64,000 nt of DNA, from the NCBI GenBank assembly GCA_964016885.1, contig OZ024742.1:149110001-149174000 (forward strand). The letters run 5' to 3'. Positions within the stretch are counted from its first letter, which is position 1. The number at the start of each line of letters is the position of its first letter. The DNA is from Eledone cirrhosa. Lineage: Eukaryota. The notes beneath the pieces are model-generated. The model did no database searches. It saw only the letters and a program-made list of their open reading frames with translations, and was not told where the DNA came from. Shown here piece by piece: positions 39,278-47,936 of this stretch. Both the position numbers and the translations under genes were made by a program.

Positions 39278-39410
39278 CAAAAAAATCGATAATCGAGGCC
39301 CTAGAAGTAAAAAATCGATATTTACAAAAATCGTCCAATTTCGATGAAACTCGACGCAATGTTTAAATGTCTTAAATACTACGGTATTTAGACACACACA
39401 CATATATATA

Positions 39411-39950
39411 GAGAATAAGAAAATGAGAAGTAGTTTCAGATTTTAAAGAGCTTTATTGATAAGGCTGTGATACATATTTCAATGACGACACTGGCCACAC
39501 GTTTCCGCGTATCCAGGGCCATGATCTCATCAGACAGCTTCTTACATAATAAGATTACGTTCCCGAGGTAATCTAAATTGAAACGACAAGGGAACGGACA
39601 AGCCTTCGCCCGTTCCCTCCACAGCTTTGCGCAGGCGCAAATGTGAAGGAAGTTGACCACTACCACAAAGTTTCTGTTGGCTGTCACTAGGCGAGCGACA
39701 AGCAGTAAACTACAACGGTAACTCTATGACCGTGTCACATTACCGGCCTGGATGGGGCGATTGATTGGTTGGTGGGGGGGGGGACCTGCCTAGGCTAGTT
39801 TCGTTGTGTGTTTGGAGTAGTAGTTAGATGGTCAACTGCCTTCACGTTTGCGCATGCGCAAAGCTGTGGAGGTGAATTGGGGCTCACAAGGGAACGGGCG
39901 AAGGCTTCAAGAACATCCTCTTTGTCCGTTCCCTTGTCGTTTCAATTTGC
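39411..39950 (-). mobile_element. PLE pLTR-like fragment with an internal inverted duplication
   Basis: Hammerhead plus AATAAA near the TA-abutting end; inverted arms ~39575-39662 and ~39828-39948. Confidence 0.6.
39464..39538 (-). ncRNA. Type I hammerhead ribozyme with an extended stem II
   Basis: GCTGT CTGATGA GATCATGGCCCTGGATACGCGGAAACGTGTGGCCAGTGTCGTCATT GAAA TATGTA TC ACAGC, then AATAAA. Confidence 0.75.
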
Positions 39951-39974
39951 AGGGTCATATATACTTTATGTACT

Positions 39975-41355
39975 TTTGGAGGGTCAAGCTGCCAATAAAA
40001 ACACACGCACCTGTTGGTTTTCACTTTAATTTATTATAAATTTTCGGTTGCTTGGTTGGATCGATATCCGGAAGGTTGTTTATATATTTTCAAAGCTCTT
40101 TCGTCACACATTCTGTGACTAGGTTTTTATTTTTTTGTCTCTCCTGTGTTCTGTCCTACACCATCTTGTTTCTGTGTGTTGTGTGCTTAGTTTTCTCTTG
40201 CGTTACATCCGTGTGTGTGTGTTTATTTACTTTTCACTAGTTGGTTGTTTGTTCTGTCTCATTTGTTTTGTTAGTTTTGTTTTTTTGTGTGTCTGTAACA
40301 GAATAGAAAGGATTAGGAATAAGGCAAATAAAATAAACTCATGGTATGATAGCAATAAATACCAAAGTGTAATGTTCGTCAATACAACCCCTAGAAGCAA
40401 ACTTGCTTACAGATTTAGAAGGGCCCTAGACAAGCTCAAATTAAATATTAAGATAATTGAAAGACCAGGTATTCCCATAAAAACCCTAATTAGTAAAACA
40501 TACCATTTCAAAGATCCCCCTGTGTTGATAGGAAATGCATAGGTTGCAAGCTAAACCCGCAAACTACCTGCAAAAGTAGTATATAACATAAGATATACTG
40601 AGGAACAGCGTAGGAATAAGAACATAACATACATAGGTGAAACAGCCCGTAGCATAGGAAAAAGGATAAGTGAACGCTGGCGAGCACTCCAGGATGGGGA
40701 AAACTCATCAGTACTCCACCAACATGCCAAAATAGAACATAGGGGCACATTAGAGAATATAGAGATAAAACTTATATCCACACACAGAAAAGATGCAATG
40801 CTCAGACAAATCACAGAGGCAACAAATATAAACGAACTCCAACCAAAATTAAACAGAAAACATGAGTGGAATATCAACATCACAACTAGTAATTAAGGAC
40901 AAAATGAAGACATACAGACACACAAAAACCAAACTAACAAAACAAATCAGACACACAGATAGAACAAACAACCAGCTAGTGACAAGTAAATAAACAAATA
41001 AATAAATAAACACACACACCCGGATGTAACCCATGCGCAAACTAAGCATACAACACACAAAAACAAGATGGTATAGGACAGAATAAAAGAGACTAAAATA
41101 AAATAAAAAGCTAGTCACTGAGGAAGTCACAGAATGTGTGACGAAAGAGCTTTGACAATATATAAACAACCTTCCGGTTATCGAACCAACCAACCAACCA
41201 ACAAGCCAACCGGAAATTTATAATAAATTAAAGTGAAAACCAACAGGTGCATATGTTTTTTATTGGCAGCATGACCCTCCCAAAGAAGTATAACAATATC
41301 TGTTTCATCACACGTTTTCAGATAAGAAATCTTGCAAAGCAAATAAAAAAAACGA
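39975..41355 (+). mobile_element. Penelope-like element D (a different clade), C-terminal fragment with inverted arms
   Basis: SVMFVNTTPRSKLA..IKIIERPG..C..C..C..C linker, YIGETARSIGKR..QH...H...RQITEA...PKLNRKHEW; inverted arms ~39975-40297 and 40913-41285. Confidence 0.85.
41114..41156 (+). ncRNA. Type I hammerhead ribozyme (PLE D, 3' arm)
   Basis: GTCA CTGAGGA A GTCACA GAATG TGTGAC GAAA GAGC TT TGAC. Confidence 0.8.
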
Positions 41356-41356
41356 A

Positions 41357-41445
<89 letters not shown>

Positions 41446-41490
41446 GAGAGTAAAACAAAGAAGCCTTCAATACATCAAAAGTCTTTATTA

Positions 41491-41528
41491 GCCGACAATG
41501 TTTCGTCCTATTAAGGACTCATCAGGGC
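41491..41528 (-). ncRNA. Minimal type I hammerhead ribozyme (PLE E, left arm)
   Basis: Reverse complement of 46376-46413. Confidence 0.88.
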
Positions 41529-43778
41529 AATTCAAACAACAAGAAGTAATAACGGCAGATACAAGCCAGAAGCTCCGAAGAATATGGAGTGTACATATAC
41601 TAAAGTATTGCAAAAATATATAATAAAAATAATAAAAATATATAATGAAAATTACTAAGGATGTATGTGACATTAAGAACCATATTACAAATATAGTCCA
41701 AAGCAAAAAAACCTAGAGCTAGACAAAGGTGGTTATATAGATCAGGAAACATATATAATATAATGTAATATAATATAATTATACTTTTACCAACATTAAA
41801 GTTACAATGGAAAATCAAAAGGTACATTATGCATATGTATATATGTGTGCACACACACACACACGTACACCTACAACAATACACACATCTATCTTCAACT
41901 GCACAAATTTAACCTTATCAAGAGTTTGAATATGAAAATGAGCATGATAGGAATGAGAATAATAATAATGATAATACTAATACATCTACCCAATATACAT
42001 GGGGTAATAATATGATATAGTTATAAGCAGCATATATAATCAATAATAAACAATACAATTATATACTATATAATACAATATAATAGAATGGATAATCTCC
42101 GGTTAATTTACACAAACAATATATATGTCACAATAATAATATAATTATAATATAATATAACATACCAAGATGTATAATATACAATATACTAACACTTATA
42201 ATCAACAATATATAAGTTAACAAATCAATTCATATTGGGTTACAGAGTAGGCGAGGAAAAAAAATAAATTGTACAATATCCCCAAAGGAATTTTGTTGGT
42301 ACAAAAGTAAAAAGATCCTACATGATATATAAAGTTTAACATATCATAATGTTACATATAATTAACGGTAAGTGATAAGGATCAATATTACAATAAAAAA
42401 TACAATATAATATAATATATTATATAAAATAAGTTAACATAATATAATATATAATTACTTATAATTACAAGGTTGGTAGACATACATATATATGGATGAG
42501 TGAGTAAATGCCAGACAGTAAATGCAATGCACAATATTAATAAAATATACAGTATAAAATATAGAATAAAATAAAGATTGGACCCGTAAAAACACGCCCA
42601 ATAATTTCGACGTTACAATGGGTTCGAGTGATTCGGCCCAGGTTACAGATCTTGTTGAGTTGTTCCTCCTTAATGAACTATATGCTACCTTCCTGCACCT
42701 TATAGGTGGACTGTATCGTGATGATGCATTGTTTGTAATTAACTCTAGCACCAACAATGTAGAACATAATAAGAAGAAGCTTTATAAGTTTTTTAAAAGC
42801 TATAACCTTTCGATCACGATAGATAGAAATGATAGAGCGGTTAACTTTTTAGATGTGACTTTGGACTTGGTCACTAATATAATTACTTATAATTACAAGG
42901 TTGGTAGACATACATATATATGGATGAGTGAGTAAATGCCAGACAGTAAATGCAATACACAATATTAATAAAATATACAGTATAAAATATAGAATAAAAT
43001 AAATAAATAAATAAATAGAATCACCCGGAGATTAAAAAACAAAAACAAACGTATGCATTTAGGTCTCACATGCAGTTAAGTATTTAAGTATTTAAGTAAA
43101 ACCTAAGGAAATAACACGTGAAAATGACTCGAAAACCCTATTTGATAAATTAATATTAAAAATATTTAAACTATCTAATAAGGCAGTATAATATTGGCTA
43201 TAGTTTAAGTAATTAAAGTTTATAAACATTAATATTTCGTTACAAATGTTTACAAAAAGGAATGAAAATTTTTTTCCTATCATATACATAACGATACCTA
43301 AAAAATGACATAAGCAGAATTAAGGTAGGCCAATAGGGACAGAAATGAAGAAATATATGGAGGGTGCAAAGGGGCATAAATATAGTCGATATACTATATT
43401 ACTTAATAGAAAGGAGCGTAAAAGAGGGGGGGGGGGGTGTTAAATATAATCATAGTCAATTTGGAGGGGATGACAATAAGTTTATGTACGCATGGGGGGG
43501 GGGGGGTTATCCAAAGAAGAATCCGAATAAAAATAAAAATGAAAGTAAAAAAAAAAAAATAAATAAAATAAATACCGTAAAATATATAATCTTATATAAT
43601 TCAAAAGGTGTAATAGTGAAAATCTAATGCGTTAGAAGACAGATATGGTACAGTAGCCAAAAGATTATGAGAGCTAAAATAAAGAGTCATCAAAAACCAA
43701 TGGTAATAATGATGATAATAATAATGACGTTGGCAAACAAAGGAACCTAAACTAAAAATAAATAATGGAATATATCAG

Positions 43779-45152
43779 CTAATGGGTACAATTTGTACTA
43801 CTAGAACGTTTAGGTTTATAATAAAAGTATGAATTAGAAATAGCGTGGGGGCAAGAAGAGAATATCTCAGACTTTCTATTAAGTAAGGGTACGCTAGAGA
43901 AAATTATATAGTGTGTCTCAAGGATGCAGAGATTACAAAACTTAGTATGTGTAGAAAGGTGGTTAGAGCGTGCTACTAAACGCCAGTTAAGGCTATATGG
44001 TATATTAGCTCCCTTAAGATCCCAGATATAATGTGCTAAAGAAGTGGAATTCTTAAACCTAACATGTTTGAAATTGGAGATATGGGAGTTAAATCTAGTC
44101 TTAAAAGAGTTAGATGTGGAGCCTATATAAGTTCTATTAGAGGAATTAGTTGTAACTTCGCAAGCATAGACAATGTTCTTAGAAAGGCAGTTACCGTTTA
44201 AAGGGCAGTTAGCCCTCACTCTACAATTACACTTCCGGGTGTTATTGGTTGGCTCAAGTGGTGATGCATTACACGTAGGATTGCTATTAGATAAGGACTG
44301 TTCCGGTGGTAATGCATTGCCGGATCTGTTCAGACTAGTAGTATGTAGAGCGGAGAATCCATCCCTAATTTTCCTATTATTAGTGCTAGCTAAATGAGAA
44401 CTAATATTAGGGGTGGTAGAGAATGAAAGTTTAATAACATTTTTATTAAAAATACTATGGTATTTATGAGAAGGGGGGAAATTTTTCTCTAAGATGGAGA
44501 AGAAAGACCTAGGGATATTAGTTGATACTTCCTGATTATATGGCGGGTTAAAATAAGTATTTAATCGCCTTCTATTTTTATTCTTACGGACTCTACCATT
44601 ATCAAATATCCCGCCATCGAGACTAGGGTTACTACAAGGATTGGTTAAACCCGCATTCGTAGAATCGGCCAAAATTTCATTAAGTCTATTACAGTTTCTA
44701 CCTCCAGTAGATCTTCTGCTGCCCGGAATCCCATCAAACGGATTGGGGCCAATGATAGGATCAGTAGGAGAAACATTATCAGAATAAGATCCAGCAAAAT
44801 TATCACCAATATGTGAGCGCTCAGGGGGTTCTACTTGTTTCCTAGAGGTATTAAATTCACTATTACGAGTCCGGTGGTTTAACTTATGGATGGGTTCAGA
44901 TACACCCATATAATTTTTACGGTTACTATGTCTGCTACTCCCATTCATGGCCATGTTATGTGATATTATGTTATTATTATTAAAGGTAGGCGGAGATTTT
45001 CTAAGGTTACTATTATTATAGTGTATTTTACTAGAGTAACCTGAATTAGCTAGGGCCTTATTATAGTACTCCGCATGTTCATTAAAAGTTCCTACGTCCT
45101 TAGAAAGTGTGGAAATCCTATTAGATACATCCTTAATTATAGAGCTTATCAT
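43779..45152 (-). CDS. PLE ORF C-terminal part (RT thumb plus GIY-YIG endonuclease)
   Basis: Uninterrupted 457-aa ORF with GIY-YIG motifs; frameshift just upstream. Confidence 0.85.
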   Translation of the reverse strand: MISSIIKDVSNRISTLSKDVGTFNEHAEYYNKALANSGYSSKIHYNNSNLRKSPPTFNNNNIISHNMAMNGSSRHSNRKNYMGVSEPIHKLNHRTRNSEFNTSRKQVEPPERSHIGDNFAGSYSDNVSPTDPIIGPNPFDGIPGSRRSTGGRNCNRLNEILADSTNAGLTNPCSNPSLDGGIFDNGRVRKNKNRRRLNTYFNPPYNQEVSTNIPRSFFSILEKNFPPSHKYHSIFNKNVIKLSFSTTPNISSHLASTNNRKIRDGFSALHTTSLNRSGNALPPEQSLSNSNPTCNASPLEPTNNTRKCNCRVRANCPLNGNCLSKNIVYACEVTTNSSNRTYIGSTSNSFKTRFNSHISNFKHVRFKNSTSLAHYIWDLKGANIPYSLNWRLVARSNHLSTHTKFCNLCILETHYIIFSSVPLLNRKSEIFSSCPHAISNSYFYYKPKRSSSTNCTH

Positions 45153-46375
45153 AGACTTGGGTGGTTAGAATTGGGGCTAACATAAGAAAGTATTTCATTA
45201 GGCTTATGGAAGGGTTTAAAACTATTAGTGACCAAGTCCAAAGTCACATCTAAAAAGTTAACCGCTCTATCATTTCTATCTATCGTGATCGAAAGGTTAT
45301 AGCTTTTAAAAAACTTATAAATTATTGGGCGTGTTTTTACGGGTCCAATCTTTATTTTATTCTATATTTTATACTGTATATTTTATTAATATTGTGCATT
45401 GCATTTACTGTCTGGCATTTACTCACTCATCCATATATATGTATGTCTACCAACCTTGTAATTATAAGTAATTATATATTATATTATGTTAACTTATTTT
45501 ATATAATATATTATATTATATTGTATTTTTTATTGTAATATTGATCCTTATCACTTACCGTTAATTATATGTAACATTATGATATGTTAAACTTTATATA
45601 TCATGTAGGATCTTTTTACTTTTGTACCAACAAAATTCCTTTGGGGATATTGTACAATTTATTTTTTTTCCTCGCCTACTCTGTAACCCAATATGAATTG
45701 ATTTGTTAACTTATATATTGTTGATTATAAGTGTTAGTATATTGTATATTATACATCTTGGTATGTTATATTATATTATAATTATATTATTATTGTAACA
45801 TCTATATTGTTTGTGTAAATTAACCGGAGATTATCCATTCTATTATATTGTATTATATAGTATATAATTGTATTGTTTATTATTGATTATATATGCTGCT
45901 TATAACTATATCATATTATTACCCCATGTATATTGGGTAGATGTATTAGTATTATCATTATTATTATTCTCATTCCTATCATGCTCATTTTCATATTCAA
46001 ACTCTTGATAAGGTTAAATTTGTGCAGTTGAAGATAGATGTGTGTATTGTTGTAGGTGTACGTGTGTGTGTGTGTGCACACATATATACATATGCATAAT
46101 GTACCTTTTGATTTTCCATTGTAACTTTAATGTTGGTAAAAGTATAATTATATTATATTACATTATATTATATATGTTTCCTGATCTATATAACCACCTT
46201 TGTCTAGCTCTAGGTTTTTTTGCTTTGGACTATATTTGTAATATGGTTCTTAATGTCACATACATCCTTAGTAATTTTCATTATATATTTTTGCAATACT
46301 TTAGTATATGTACACTCCATATTCTTCGGAGCTTCTGGCTTGTATCTGCCGTTATTACTTCTTGTTGTTTGAATT

Positions 46376-46413
46376 GCCCTGATGAGTCCTTAATAGGACG
46401 AAACATTGTCGGC
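46376..46413 (+). ncRNA. Minimal type I hammerhead ribozyme (PLE E, right arm)
   Basis: GCC CTGATGA GTCCT TAAT AGGAC GAAA CATT GTC GGC, immediately followed by TAATAAA. Confidence 0.88.
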
Positions 46414-47199
46414 TAATAAAGACTTTTGATGTATTGAAGGCTTCTTTGTTTTACTCTCTTAATTTTTCGGATCTGTTTAACTACATTGAGCTATACCTTT
46501 TACTGTCATTTCTATAATACGAAGAGGGTGTTTAATTCAAACACGCTCCAGTATTTTAACCTTTATATATATATATATGCACTCATACTCCTTGTCGCGT
46601 TTGTCTCCTCCCCTGTAATCACCATCTTAAAAAGTAGATTTTTAAGATGTATATCTAGTCGACTGTAGATCGGTAGCGAGAAACTCTGAGAAACTACTCA
46701 GCTTTGAATGAATACACACACATATATTACGTGAAGGAATGTAAACCAACGAGTAGTGACGGAGTGAAAAATCAACTTGGTATAAATAAATAAATAGCTA
46801 TCGCAAACTCTGAAGCCCCTAACAAATTGGGAGAGGCTATGTAACCGGTCCCCGTAAAATAGACTCCCAGGCTATTTAGCGGATAAGAGTGTCAGAAACC
46901 ATGTGTTGCAGCTCGAGTTAAGACAATCTTAAATCTTTTCCACCATCAATTGTTAAAAAACAAATTAAAATCATTTAGTCATCATCTTATTATAATTCTG
47001 CTTGTTTCATCCATTCGTGACGTACGTTACGCTTGAGTTACATACACACATGTACTGAGTTCCATGGCTTAAGAATTTTATCAGAGTCAAATATTTTCGA
47101 AATTAAGAATTTTAGCAGAAAGTGAAATATTTTCGAAATTAAGAATTTTAGCAGAAAGTTACGACCTGGGTTAAAGATAGTAGTCACTACCTGGGTTCT

Positions 47200-47890
47200 A
47201 AAACACTATTTATTATTTAGTTTCCGGGACCCCCAGCTCGAGTTGCGCCCCTTTGCGGTTTACTAGTAAAATAAGCTTAAAGCATGTTTGTCTATTTTAC
47301 CGGGTATGGCTACGTAGCCTATTCCAAACAAATTCATCTAAAGTTTAGATGCTTCTCACTGTCAGCAATTCCTTTAGAATTCTTCGCTGACAGTGAGAGG
47401 CATTTTAGCTTTTTGCGCATGTGTTAAAATATGTCAGGCGCATGCGTAAAGAAATATCTATACAATTTTAGCTTTCTAATGGCGACCCTCTTTCATTGAC
47501 CCCCAATCCCAATCTTAGCTACTAACCAATACCATCTATCACAAATAATATTGAATTTTAATAAATATCACTCCATACACAAATTCAAAATGAATCAGTT
47601 CATTTAGTATTTGTTTTTAAAATTTTCTGTTCCAGATAATAAAGTTAGGGATTTTCATATACAAATATATAAGACTAAGAGAGTGAAAGGCGTCGAAAAT
47701 ATATGAATTGGTTAATAATTCGCGAAAACAATAAGATAAGATTTTCAAAAATATTCTGCAAGGGAAGTAATTTTGATATCTGAAGAGGGCGCTGATGTAG
47801 GTGTGGCTAGCTCTGAAGCAAAAAAAAAATCCTTTATTGCACGCTTTCGTACAAAAATAATCGGAGTAAACTCATTGGGAGCGACCAAAA
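47200..47890 (+). promoter_or_regulatory. Probable promoter and 5'UTR of the SETDB1-like gene
   Basis: Local CpG retention; GCGCATGCG (NRF1-like) at ~47438; AATGGCG (YY1-like) at ~47478. Confidence 0.45.
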
Positions 47891-47936
47891 ATGACATCAC
47901 TTGTGACATTTTCCGAGTCCGATGAAGTAGACAAAG
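47891..47936 (+). CDS. SETDB1: SETDB1-like putative first coding exon (MTSLVTFSESDEVDK)
   Basis: AAAATG start; AAG|GTAGTG donor in phase 1 matches the phase-1 acceptor at 53629. Confidence 0.55.

Larger units (their letters stand above)
41441..46563 (-). mobile_element. Penelope-like element E, young and rearranged, with 1.2-1.4 kb inverted arms
   Basis: 457-aa ORF 43779-45152 (thumb, FNPPYN linker, CNC..CPL..C, IVYAC..YIGSTS..FKTRFNSH, CNLC); RT motifs FDVTMGSSDSAQ and GLYRDD at 42577-42879(+); arms 41441-42879 and 45223-46463; TA runs at both ends. Confidence 0.93.

Noticed and set aside
41488-41884. Duplicated hydrophobic ORFs (also 46042-46416) as a gene pair
   Set aside because: AT-rich non-coding pLTR sequence duplicated with the PLE E arms
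47069-47159. ~35-bp tandem repeat x2.5 upstream of SETDB1
   Set aside because: Ordinary short tandem duplication with no sign of function
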